Below, piece after piece: positions 1-11,698 of a DNA stretch of 64,000 bases; position 1 is the first letter of the stretch; each line of letters opens with the position of its first letter. The notes under the pieces were generated by a model. The model did no database searches. It was given only the letters and a program-made list of their open reading frames with translations, and was not told the DNA's origin. Origin of the DNA: Octopus sinensis (taxonomy: Eukaryota); the NCBI RefSeq assembly GCF_006345805.1, contig NC_043014.1, forward strand, positions 27,776,001 through 27,840,000, written 5' to 3'. Position numbers and translations under genes: made by a program.

Positions 1-1270
1 CCAACTGCTATAAATTTGGGAAATAACTTTATTCTCTGCATGTCAATAAATATTTAAATAAGTATTTTAGCTTGGAAACACATTAGAGTTATTTGAGCCT
101 GAATAATTGTAACATCTTTGCCTTGTAAGTATTCCCATATTTTGTTAAATTTGAATATAGATTTGCCAGATAGAAAAGATGATTTTTTTAAACACTAATT
201 TTAATTCATCACCACAAGAAACTCAACAGTGGTGTCATATAAGCTAACAATTCTCTGCAAGGGATCATCTCTTCAAACCTGCCTTACTTCAGTGTGCACA
301 AGATGCTGATTGAAGGTTTTGGTTTTTTTTTTTTTCCTCAATATTGTAAATAATTGTGATTTCTGAGAGTGTGGTTTTATTTTTTTCACTGATCCAATGC
401 ATTTAAGACAGCAGGTATTTCTCCTCTCACATTCTTAGCTATGAGATAATTTCTGTGTCTTGTACAGTGGTCAGTACACACATCATTAACCTTTTTGTCT
501 TGAGCAAGGATGCAAATCCTCTGTTACAACCAACCATTACTGGTGCACTGTCTGAAGGCATTACATTATTATTCTCAAGAGAAATATTAAATTTTTGCAA
601 ATAATCCTCTAAGTATTACAAAATTGTCTCCTGTTTTGCATCAACTTTAAGATAATCAGCAAACAAAAATTCATCAACAATATACTTAAGATTTCGCTGT
701 TATGGCATCACACAGGCTGTGAGAATATGTGAATTACTGAATGTTAGATCATTGAGTTGGATAGAAAACTTGTAATACTGAAGCTCTGACACCAAAGTTT
801 TTTTTCTATATAAATGTCCATCTTTTCTGTGTGTCAATTCAGTTAAAGGTATGTATTTTAAAATAGGCTGAGAGTCTTCCTTCATAATATTTTCAATTAC
901 ATCTCTAATAGCTGATATAATAATATCCTCACCTGTTATGTGATTTTCCTTTCTATGCTCTGGTGTATGATGCCTATATCTATGACATCATGTATGATGC
1001 CTTCAGTCCTCTGTCATAATTACCACTGGTGAATACATTAGAAATGTTAAATTTGACTGTTTTATAGTCTTTCAATGCCCTAAAATAATTCTAAGATCTT
1101 TTTTTTTTACCAGAATGAACTCTTTAAAGGTAGTCCTTCCTCTTTGTCAGTTTCATGGCATCATTATAATTTTAAGGTTTTTTACATAACAGGTACATCC
1201 ATGCAACACAAGAGAACAACTCCTTCAATTGTCCAAATATGGCATAGCATATCTTACAAATAGATTAGGA
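1..1270 (-). mobile_element. Degenerate hAT (Buster/ZBED5-ZBED8-like) transposase fossil
   Basis: Manual minus-strand translation gives broken hAT motifs in the expected order: NDAMK (cf. SNEAMKP), HITGEDIIISA (cf. HTIGEELILPA), FSIQLND, DEFLF, SDSAPVMVG (cf. TDGAPAMVG), HCTRHR (CxxH). Many stops and frameshifts; boundaries approximate. Confidence 0.75.
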
Positions 1271-1605
1271 AATTGCATAATCAATCCTTACCCTTTTAAT
1301 TGCCAAAAATGATGCCTTGAACTTATCTTCCCTTCTTGATGCACTTTATAATTTTTAAAATTTACTTAAAAGTTTTAATTCTATAATATCATTTGTAAAT
1401 ATACAACATATATGTATGTATATATATTTAAGCATATATATGGTTTTGTTAGAATATATTGCTTTAAAATACATGCCATACTTCTCTATTATCTAAACAA
1501 TGGATACATTCTGTGTTGGTTTGATACCAGTTTGTGATACAATTGACTGGTGATAGTCAATTGTCTTGCTTTGAAGACGGTACAAGATAGTACAAACAAT
1601 TTGTA

Positions 1606-2000
1606 AGAGCGAAGCTGTGTGGTAAGAAGCTTGCTTCCCAACCATATGGTTCTGGGTTCAGTCCCACTGCATGGTGTCTTGGGCAAGTACCTTCTACTCT
1701 AGCCTCAAGCCAATCAAAGCCTTGTGAGTGGATTTGGTAGATGAAAACTGAAAGAAGCTTATTGTACATATATATATGTGAGTGTGTATGTTTTTGTATC
1801 TGTGTTTGTCTCCCCACTACCACTTGATAACTGGTGTTGGTGTGTTTATGGCCCCATAACATAGCAGTTCAGCAGAAGAGACTGATAGAATAAGTACTAG
1901 GCTTTAAAATTTTATATATAAGTCCTGGGGTCAACTAAAAACCCTTCAAGCCAGTGTTCCAGTATAGCCACAATCAAATGACCAAAACAAGTAAAAGATA
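1606..2000 (+). mobile_element. tRNA-derived SINE, family A (near full length)
   Basis: A/B-box-like head (gctgtgtggtaagaagcttgcttcccaacc...gggttcagtccc), central (TA/TG)n and 3' tail aaacaagtaaaaga. Same family as 45221-45590 and 58236-58592. Confidence 0.8.
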
Positions 2001-2031
2001 ATATTATATATTATATATAAGAGTAAAAGAG

Positions 2032-2034
<3 letters not shown>

Positions 2035-2067
<33 letters not shown>

Positions 2068-2186
2068 ATATACTCACACAAATACTATGTATGTGTGTGT
2101 TTGTGAGCATATATATTCACGCACACACACACATTTATACACATCTTATATATATATAGTATTTGAATATATGAGTGTGTGTGTAC

Positions 2187-2221
<35 letters not shown>

Positions 2222-2400
2222 TATACTATATATATATATATATATATATAGGATGTGTATATTATGTGTGTGTTATATATATATATTATACACACATACC
2301 TTCACGGAACAGTATATTATATATACAGTACATTATATATATTCTCTTTTATTTATGTGTTTATATCTAAAGGCTGTGGCCATGCTTGAGCACCATACAT
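2035..2400. repeat. Compound (TA)n/(CA)n/(TG)n microsatellite region
   Basis: Directly visible dinucleotide arrays; these generate the YIYI-type ORFs. Confidence 0.9.
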
Positions 2401-2427
2401 ATGTGTATGTACATATAAATATACTGT

Positions 2428-2620
2428 GAATGTGTGTAGCCTAATGGTCAGGATGCTAACCTCATAATCATATGGTTGTGGGTTCAATTCCTGGACTTGA
2501 TTTTATGTTATGCAAAACACTTCATTTTATGCTGCTTTAGTCCACTCAACTGACGAGCAGCAGCAGCTGGAAGTTTATCTGTGATGGAATTGCATCTCAT
2601 TCAGAAGGGATCTACAGTAA
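2428..2620 (+). mobile_element. Old tRNA-derived SINE (different family)
   Basis: gtagcctaatggtcagg (A-box-like) and gggttcaattcctgg (B-box), followed by a non-tRNA body. Confidence 0.55.
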
Positions 2621-2649
2621 TCTCTCAGTGTCTTATAAACATCCTGTAA

Positions 2650-2797
2650 AGTGGCTGGCATTTGGAAGTGCATCCAGCCATAGAAACCATGGCAAAGCTA
2701 ATGGCAGAGCTTAGCATAGTCTTCTGACTTGCCAGTTACTATTAAACCATCCAACCCATGCCAATATGGAAAACAGATATTAAGTAATAATGATGCT
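2650..2797 (+). mobile_element. RTE-LINE 3' end / RTE-tailed short repeat
   Basis: gcatccagccatagaaacc...aaaccatccaacccatgccaatatggaaaacag...taatgatg. Homologous to copies at 9765-9895, 18930-19110, 41610-41925 and 45795-45970. Confidence 0.6.
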
Positions 2798-2804
2798 CAA
2801 TATA

Positions 2805-3180
2805 CAGGGTGTTTGAGATAAATTTTTGACAGTTTGCATAATAAGAAAATAAAGCACAATATCCCATCCAAAAATAAAAGCATTTCAAAGAAATGAAAAA
2901 ATATTAACTAGATTACGGCTGATAGATAACAGTTTACTCAAAGTGGCCACCCTCAGCTTCCACCACAATCCGAAGATGGCTCTGGTATCTGGAGTATGCA
3001 TTCCTCACTGTGTTCCTGTGAAGATCATCCAACACATCCTTGATCTTGGCCATCAGCTCAGGCTTGGTGTTGCAGATAGAGCAGTTGGTGTCTTTCTCAA
3101 CCACACTTCCACATGTAGTAATTCATGGGATTGGTGAAATTATAGAAATTCTCTGACAACCACTTCTGACTCTTTCTGGA
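2805..3180 (-). mobile_element. Tc1/mariner transposase 3' end with one TIR
   Basis: TA|cagggtgt terminus at 2803-2810. Minus strand reads KSQKWLSENFYNFT..NPMNYYMW..GGHFE*, a typical C-terminus with the PPNSPDL segment lost. Confidence 0.65.
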
Positions 3181-3197
3181 GGTATGGTAAGAAGCTA

Positions 3198-3373
3198 CTT
3201 AGCGGTATTTCGTCTGTTTTACATTCTGAGTTCAAATTCCACCAAGGTCAATTTTGCCTTTCGTCTTCTCGTGGTCAATAAATTGAGTACCAGTTGCATA
3301 CTGGGGTCGATCTAATCAACTGGTCCCCTCCCCAAAAATTTCGGGCCTTGTACCTAGAGTAGAAAAGAATATT
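3198..3373 (+). mobile_element. SINE family B, 5'-truncated
   Basis: ctgagttcaaattcc...gcctttcgtc...gagtaccagttgcatactggggtcgatctaatc...agtagaaaagaatatt. Homologous to 8139-8347 (-) and 63233-63390 (+). Confidence 0.75.
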
Positions 3374-3989
3374 CACATAGCTTTCAGTCTTCCATAATAG
3401 TTAACTTTTTCTCAACTATAACTTTAATCTTTATGCTATCCAAAGCTGTTGACTGTTCACCAATACATCAAGCTGTTCTTGAAAAAAAAAGGAAACAAAA
3501 AATTGTTAAATTTAGCCCAAACACCCTACACACATACACACTTGCAGCTGGGCTGTCAGTATCAAGCAGATTATATCTCACAAACCCACCCATTCACTGA
3601 GGCTGGATACTTACTTCATCCTTCTCTTGGATTACTTGGAACATCTTTACCTAGATATCATACTCCCTACAAGTTTATGTATGGCATTTCTATCGACTCA
3701 TTTTTCACATATTGAACATGACCACTTCCCAGATAACAGTAGTGTCTTGTTTTCTTTCTTGATCATAAAAACTTTTGCCTTCACTGAGTTTACTTTAAGA
3801 GCTATTGAGTCTTGGTTTTGCTTCCACATTGAAATTTCTTCACTTATTCATCGATATATTCAGTTTTGAGAATTATATCATTAGCAGGTAGAAATTTACT
3901 GGAAAGCCAGTCTAAAATTTCTGTTATAGCATGGAAAATTATAATAAACAGGAGAACTGAGGAATGAGAATCTGTGTCTCAATGGATAC

Positions 3990-4620
3990 CTAACTGCACA
4001 CTAAATTCCTCATGGGACTCATTGCTAGCTCTCATGTACAGCATATAGTTTGCACATATTTCACAAGCCATTGATCTACACTTAGTTTCTTAGTGGCTAC
4101 CAGACTACAGAGCATAGCACTCTGTTAAAGATCCTCTTGATGTCAACAAGTACCTGGTATAGCAGCTTGTTCTTAGTTAGGAATTTCTTCTGTAGTAGTC
4201 TCACTAGAAAGAAGGTATCAGAAGTACCTTGCCCTAGTGCAAACCCAAACTGCATTTCATATAAGTTCATTTTCTTCCTAATTAATTGGGCTGTGGCACC
4301 TTCTGTTAATTTCATATGTTAGTCCATTGTTTTGATATCCCAGTAATTTCTTTTTTCTAAAGCATCTCCTCAGTTCGTGATGACACTGCTTAGCTAGTCA
4401 TTGAGAACTACCTAATCCTGCATTACCTGTTTGACTGTGTACGGGACTAGAAACTCTCTTATTTTGCCAGATATTAGTGTCTCAACAACCATACCTAATG
4501 GTCTTGCTGATTCTCCTGCCTTCATATATTTCATGGCCAATTCAACCAGATAGCTGTCAATTTCAACAACTTGTCTATCAACTCTTTCACTGTTATGTAT
4601 GCACATGTGAAATCTAGCTT
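3990..4620 (-). mobile_element. RTE-clade LINE reverse-transcriptase fragment
   Basis: ORF 4097-4315 reads QFGFALGQGTSDTFFLVRLLQKKFLTKNKLLYQVLVDIKRIFNRV, matching RTE QFGF.PG..T.DAIF..RQLQEK...K...F.D..KAFDRV. Confidence 0.75.
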
Positions 4621-4699
4621 AAGTATTTCTCTTGAACACAACCCATATCTTGTCTCTGTTCTAAAATCCCTACAATTTCTCCGGACCTTCATTTCAGCA

Positions 4700-5130
4700 T
4701 GTTAATATTGACAGTGGTGACTTTGAAGTTTTTTCACCTGACAGGGAGAAGGGAGATTCTGGTTGTTGGGATCTATTTTCTACTTCTGAATGAAAGTTAG
4801 TGCAATCCTTAATAAATGATTAAGGGGTTCTTACACATGTGGCCATTCTTACATATAATCACATGTGTAAGTACCCCTAATTTGTAACATTAATATTGTG
4901 TTAGCACAGTGTACACAATTAGGGATTTTCAATGATTTGATTGTCTTGATTTATCTATTTTTATATCTGAAAGTCCTTTCTGTGATGAACCACTTTACAG
5001 AGTGTTCAGGATGTATTATATGATGGTCCCAGTTCTAAAAAGATTATCTTGTCCCTGGCAAGATTAAAGAGTCTTTTCCAGTCTACATTGTCTTTATTTG
5101 TTCACCAACCACTTAATAAAGTGTGGTTGG
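4700..5130 (-). mobile_element. Very old non-LTR RT fossil
   Basis: Minus strand DNVDWKRLF...LGPSYNT resembles FD.VDW..L of LINE RTs; heavily decayed. Confidence 0.35.
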
Positions 5131-8100
5131 TATATTTTACTTTAGCACCAGTACTATAGAGGTTGTTTTGTCCTTGGTAAGACTAAAGATGAGAGAGTGA
5201 TGGAAGACAAAGCAAGTGCTGAAAGAGAGAGGGGGAAAACTGAAAGAGAGAGACATCAATGTCAGCAGTGAGTGGTGGAGGAGATAGTAATGTGCAAGAT
5301 TGCAACAGTGATGAAGATAGGTGATAGTAAGAGACTGGGCATGATGGATGTCATTAGCATGAGTAATCACAGAGAGAATGACGGTTAGCAATGATGAAGT
5401 TGTGATGTTAAGAGGGGATTGGATCAAGACTGCTCCTATGTGATGGCATCTCTCATTATACTGACAGCTGAGAGAGATAGAGCAATTACAGGAAGGAGTG
5501 AGTGATGGATGATTCATAAATAAAGGGAAGAGAGCTCTATTTGAAGACTTAATATAGACATAATATTTGGAAGAGACCCAAATGTAGATATTATACAGCC
5601 AAACAATCTACATCACCTCCACCATCATCATTTTTACATCTGTTTTCCCATACTTGCATGGGATGAGCAAGTCCTCTTCAGCACAGCACTATGTCACAAA
5701 ATACTCTCCTTCATGAGTTTGTACCTCATAAAGAAAATATTCTTAAGGAAGGCATATTAATATAACAATAAACAAGTAACCAAGTATTATTAATCAAATA
5801 TTAAACAAATAATACAAATTTTTAAACAACAAAATGTTACAGAAGCACAATGCCATAAATTTACAGCTGGGGAAGGGAAATGACAAGATGTAAATTATTC
5901 CTATCTTTCTTGAAAGCATTGGCAATGTAAATGAAGTGAAATAGCATTAACAAACAAAAGTTAGGTCTTGTAGTCATTAGTCCAGGAGTTTATTTCTACT
6001 CCTTTTTACTTTTCAACTGTCTTAAATATTTTCAAGAAAATTGCTTAAATGAAGAATGATGCCTTTTGTAGAAAAAAAAAGATAAGTAAATAAATAAATA
6101 AGCATTCAGAGTTTTTAAAGGGTAAAATCCCAAATGAAAAAAAAAAAAATCTTGTGATAGTGTTTATAAAGGAATGGTTATCAAAGTTTCACAAGTTATG
6201 GTAATAAAATATAAGCTTACCAAATGTCCTTGTTTTTATTAAAGACTATTGCGATGCAAAAGACTAGGTCTTCTGTTTCAGTTGTGTCACATGACAAAGA
6301 ATATGATAAATGATATTGAAAGTGAGTGGTGCCACCTGTTTCAACCAGAGAGAAAGATACAAAAAATTAAATACTGTATTTCTAATGAATACTGAAACTG
6401 CATTGCAAACAAACATTTCTGGGAGCTTGCTACTACTTAACAGGGCAGGAACATATATTAAAAGCCCTTAAACTCTTTCACTTCATATCTAACCTTTTAC
6501 TACCGTTGATTACATTAGATCCAGCAAGGAAGACCTGAACATACTGACCTGACTTGCTAGAAATAGCAGTCAAACTCCCTCAAATTACAGCCAGCTATTT
6601 TAGAATGGATATATTAGATAATGTCTCTTTTTAAGAAGACAAGTGTAATTTAAGGGAAAAATTTCCCAGAACACAGGAAAAATACATGATGAACACAGCT
6701 GGAATGTTTTTAATCATAGGTTTGCTCAATCAGGACTGATCTGATTGAGGATGAATTATAACAATAACATTTGTTCATCTGACCACAGTGAATCAAAGCA
6801 ACACATCTTACATTTTCCTATAGCAGATCTGCAAATAGATGGAGTACTATCAGTTTCTATGCTGATTATTCTTAGCAGTTATGCTTCACCTCTGATCAAC
6901 TTAGATAATTAAACAGTTGTCTTCAACATTGCTCATACAACTAAAGCCTACAAGCCCAAAGGTCCTGAATTGCAGCAGAGACTTCTAGACCTTGGTACAT
7001 AAATTTCCACCAGAATTCTCCTCCTTGTTCCTCTTCAACCAGGATAAATCTGTTACACTTTTAAAAACAGCATTTGCTGTCCATTCTATTTCAATCTACA
7101 CAGCACACACACTCAACAAATCTTTTTCCACACAATCTGTTAGAGAGAATTTACAAGTTGAGTAATGCATAATAGTATCTATTCATCTCCTGCTGGTTAT
7201 TTTGTGACATGTGAAGGGACAATAATTTCATGCTGTTGCCTAGCTGATGCTAATAGGTCAAGAGTAAAGCATATTTGTTGCCATAGAATTGTAAGCAATC
7301 TAATTAGTTGCAGGTTCTTGAGGTAGATGTAGTGTGTTTGTTGTAATTAGGGAGTGATTGGATTGGCATATGGAAATGGGTAGGGGTGAAAGCAGTAAAG
7401 GGTGTGTTTTGAAGTAGTTGGAGAGTTGGTGTGATTGATCAGGGATATATGTTGATAATAAATTTAAATGGTTGTTGATGGTCCAGAATGGTATCACCTC
7501 ACTGACACTGTGTTGTGTGCATAACCAAGATACTATGTTCACAATAATCAAGTTCACTTAGCTCTAAATAAATATCAGAGTAGACAGAGTCTGTCACTGT
7601 AAAGCAGTGGTAGCACTTTAAATTAATAAGTACTGTCAAACCTTGTAGAGCTGAGTTCAAGTCCTGTTTGGGGGAATAGAGAAGGTGACTGAAATCACTT
7701 TAGTGTATTCTTAACTTGAACCACAACTTGAGGACTACTTTTCATTCAATGACCCTATAATATTACATGACTAACTATCACAAGACGCTCTGTTAGTTTT
7801 AGCTAATGACTTGAGTCAATTGCAGTATATTACGGTTAGCCAAATTATCAACTAGAGAAGGAATTTGAAATCAAAGAATAAAGTAAAAACTGTGACACAT
7901 TTAATCTGGTAGTCTCACTTAAATGTTCAAATAAACATAAAAATGTCTTTGAGTTTTGTTTGCACAAATTACCAACTGTTGAATTTTGTGAAAAAATAAC
8001 CTTATCCTTGTATGAGGAGGGGTGGTCATATTAGATCTGAGCAATTACGACCTGGCTTAGATCCAACAGCACAAATGAAGAAATGGAAATGAGCAGGTAG

Positions 8101-8138
8101 TAGTTATCTGGCACTGAAACACAGACAATTCCAAATAT

Positions 8139-8347
8139 TGATTACAAATTTTGGCACATGGCCAGCAAAAGGGGGTAAGTCAATAACATTGACCCCCAGT
8201 GCTCAACTGGTACTTATCTGATTAACCCTGAAGGATGAAAGGCAAAGTTGATCTTGGCAGAATTTGAACTTGGAACATAAAACCAGATGAAATGCCACTA
8301 AGCATTTTGCCCAGCATGCTTAAAGATTCTGCCTGCTCACTGCCTTG
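8139..8347 (-). mobile_element. SINE family B
   Basis: Reverse complement of the family-B core (ccttcatccttcagggttaatcagataagtaccagttgagcactggggg). Confidence 0.7.
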
Positions 8348-8869
8348 ACAACTCTAAATATCAGAAACTGAACAGCTTTTTTCTGGGGAGACACAGCAAA
8401 TATATTAGACAAGAGAGAAACCTTTGTTTTACACATTATTTATGACTTCATATTCAAAATAATTCTGTTAAGACATTTCCGAAGTTGTTTGTTAAATATT
8501 CAGGTTGAAGATGTGGTAGAAATGGTTGAAAGATAGACTATATATCATACAATTTGTGATTTCTCTTTTGATTTCAAATCCTGTTAAGGTTGAATTTACA
8601 GTCCATCCTTCTGGGTATTAAGCAAGAAATTATTCTGTACCTGTATTGATTATTCTGTACCTGTGGCAGACACCAATATATTTTCATCTCTTTTACTAGT
8701 TTCAGTTATTGGACTGTATATATGCAGTATATAATAACCTTTAAGAGTTTTAGTTTATTATATCAACTTCAATACTTATCCTAATTTGAAACTTATGTTA
8801 GTTCCATTTGTTGAACCACAAAGTTTACAAGATACAGCATAAGCTGAAGTAAATATAGGTCCAAACACT

Positions 8870-8956
8870 CATGCACACACATATATGTGAATATATATAT
8901 CTGTACACACACACATACATTGAATATATATACATATAGAAACATATATATATAAA

Positions 8957-9016
<60 letters not shown>

Positions 9017-9180
9017 CATATATATACATATACATATATATATATATATACATATATACACATATAGACATACATATGTATATATGTATGTCTATATATG
9101 AAATATATATATGGTTATGTGTTTGTGTGTATAAAATATATATTATATATATATATATATATATATTTATATACTATATA
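8870..9180. repeat. Compound (TA)n/(TACA)n/(TG)n microsatellite
   Basis: Directly visible. Confidence 0.9.
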
Positions 9181-9189
9181 TTTTATGTT

Positions 9190-9748
9190 TTGGGTTGTCT
9201 GGAAAGTTCATGCCAATTTTTAAAGGAAAGAAAATGGTCAATAAATACTTGCCATTACATTTTTAATCAACCAAATATGAACCATTTTGTTACACAATGT
9301 GTCTCCATCTTTCCTTTAACTTGAAAATACCCTCTTCCTAGAATTGAGGCGGTTTCATGGTAAAGAATTCATCAAGGTATCTTTTTACGTCATCCAAGGA
9401 ATTGAAATTTTTACCATTAAGACTATTCTGCAGAGACCTGAATAAGAGGAAATCTGAAGGAACAATATCTGGTGAATATGGAGGGTGGGTTAACACATCC
9501 AGCCGAGCTGCAGCAATCTGGATCCCAAAGCATCAAGTGCCGAAAATGAACTTTCTTATCTTCCATTTTAAAGGGTTACAGAATTAACACAGGTTATAGG
9601 AACATAAATTGTCTTCCACAAAAAGATAGCTTAAACTGTGCTCTAAATGGAAGTGTAGTCAAATCCTATTTTATGGACTCAACCATGTTCTAAAATAAGT
9701 CGAAAGGTAAGCTACTATAAATCGGCATGAACTTTTTGGACAACCCAA
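9190..9748 (-). mobile_element. Internally deleted mariner (Hsmar1/cecropia-like) with both TIRs
   Basis: TIRs ttgggttgtctggaaagttcatgccaat (9190) and atcggcatgaactttttggacaacccaa|TA (9721-9750). Minus strand joins the N-terminus MEDKKVHFRHLMLW directly to WDVLTHPPYSPDIVPSDFLLF...NGSYLVD*. Confidence 0.85.
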
Positions 9749-9936
9749 TATATACATATATTATATCTTCATCATTTAACATCCCTTTTCCATGCTGGCA
9801 CAGATTGGATGGTTTGAAAAAAACAGATGAGCCAGAGGACTCCAGTAAGTTCTATGTCTGCTTTGGCATGATTTCTACAGCTGGATGGCCCGCCTACTAT
9901 AAATTATATTGTTATATATATGTGTATATATATATA

Positions 9937-9981
<45 letters not shown>

Positions 9982-9984
9982 GTA

Positions 9985-10198
9985 CGAGGTGGTGTTGAAA
10001 AGTTCCAGGCTTTAAGGATATCATGAAAGGCCTGGTTGGAAGCACAACTTTACGAGTTCTCTTACAGGTCTTAGAAAAACTGAAGGACTGCTGCAATAAG
10101 TGTGAATCTGAAAGGGAATATGTTGAATAAAATTATAATTGACTGATCTTCCTGTTTTTTCTTTTACTCAAAGCCAAGAACTTTTCAGCATTCCCTCA
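9985..10198. mobile_element. Mariner-derived MITE (irritans/Hsmar2-like TIRs)
   Basis: TA|cgaggtggtgttgaaaagttcc ... gaacttttcagcattccctca|TA, 214 bp, with a remnant of the transposase 3' end. Confidence 0.7.
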
Positions 10199-10530
10199 TA
10201 TATGTATATATGATATGCTTCTGCACAGTTCCTATCTCCTAAGTTCCACTCACAAGATGTTTGTCAACTTGAAACAAATTTCTTAACTACACAATCAGTT
10301 CTGTAATCCAAATTAAAAAACTGATCAAAGTCACAATTACAGTATGTATAATATACATATGTCCAATTGACAGTACAACCCACAAATTTATGTACCAGAA
10401 GAATAATTCATAAATATTTTGTTATTTGTAATATTTTATACAGTTGTCCCCACCTTTGTTATTAGTTCCTAACTCTATAGAAAATCGATTCTGATAAATG
10501 TTTACTGTCCATTTAATTTGTATATTTCAG

Positions 10531-10627
10531 TAGGTGTATACAAGAACAACACCGACTTCCATGTACAGATGATCTAGAACCTCTTATCATTCACATAAAC
10601 TTCAAATTCCAACAGCCACCAGACTAA
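10531..10627 (+). CDS. Candidate terminal coding exon of an unidentified plus-strand gene
   Basis: Tandem acceptor tatttCAG/TAG at 10528-10533; open frame RCIQEQHRLPCTDDLEPLIIHINFKFQQPPD*; AATAAA at 10650-10655. No family recognised. Confidence 0.25.
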
Positions 10628-11280
10628 TTTACTACTACAGTAGAATATTAATAAACTTGTATCATTTATGCAAATTTGATATTTGTTTAATTTAGGGTTT
10701 GATCACTTCTGGTTCAGAAAAATTAGTAATCTGGAATTGCTCTAGAACTAAAGGTTTCAGAAAAGCTATGCTATACATGCATATATACAGATATTCCCTA
10801 TGTTATAGAACTGTTGACATTCTTGAAAAATCTTACCAAAATGTAGAATTCCATAATGTGTAAACTAATTTCTTATTGTCTCAAATGACTCAAGAGAGAA
10901 ACACACTGACATCCATGTTACATATCAGAAGTCAATAGAGAACATAGTTTCATGTTTTGGAATTTCATTACAGCGAGATTTTTCAGAAATGCAATGCTTC
11001 TGTAAAGTAAGGAATATCTGTAATGTTCCTTACCAAGAATATGTAGTTTTGTTCTATTTGTCTATTTGTTTATATAACTGTTCTGCCTCTGAAGTTTGCC
11101 TTTGGTTGTGCTTCTGTCTGCTTGACTACCTGTCTCAATACCTATTTAACTGATTTGTCTATCAGTCTTTCCCTTGGTGTATTTGTCTCTCTGCATATAT
11201 GTCTATTCAATTATCTGTTTGCCTATCTCTGTATCTCTATCTGTATGTCTATCTTCATATCTCTCTGTATATAAATGTAA

Positions 11281-11360
11281 ATGTATGTATGTATGTATGT
11301 ATGTATGTATGTATGTATGTATGTATGTATGTATGTATGTATGTATGTATGTATGTATGT
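11281..11360. repeat. (ATGT)20 tetranucleotide microsatellite
   Basis: Perfect array about 340 bp downstream of the zinc-finger stop codon. Confidence 0.95.
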
Positions 11361-11698
11361 GTGTGTGTGAGAGAGTATACATGCACTCATGTGCATGCAT
11401 GTCTGTCAGTATGTATGTAAGCTTTTTCTGTTTCTCTCTTAATCTCTTGATATTCATTTGTTTACGTTTGCTTTTGACTTTTTCATTGAATTTGGTGAAT
11501 CCACTGCATAGATGTTGTCCAGTTTTGTGTGCATATATACAAGTGTGTATACAAGAAAGTATGCATTGTTTGGAATTTAAATAATATTGCCATATATGTA
11601 TGTTCTTGTAATGACCCTTTCCACCAGTCATATTTTAATGTCTTAACTCAATCCAAAAGAGTCAGTAAAGGAGAAATAAAAAGAATATATTTAATAGT

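Noticed and set aside
1606-1680. tRNA-like A/B boxes here and in other SINE heads
   Set aside because: No cloverleaf; each continues into a SINE body repeated elsewhere in the window.
2063-2429. YIYI/THTH/VCVC-type ORFs here and at 8793-9324, 11174-11631, 15284-15591, 22887-23244 and 62894-63286
   Set aside because: They are translations of microsatellites, which lack stop codons in several frames.
5001-5160. Plus-strand exon-like open frame SVQDVLYDGPSSKK...
   Set aside because: It is antisense to a LINE RT fossil, which explains the lack of stops.
5137-5517. 126-aa ORF
   Set aside because: Reverse complement of purine-rich degenerate simple sequence; no domain recognised.
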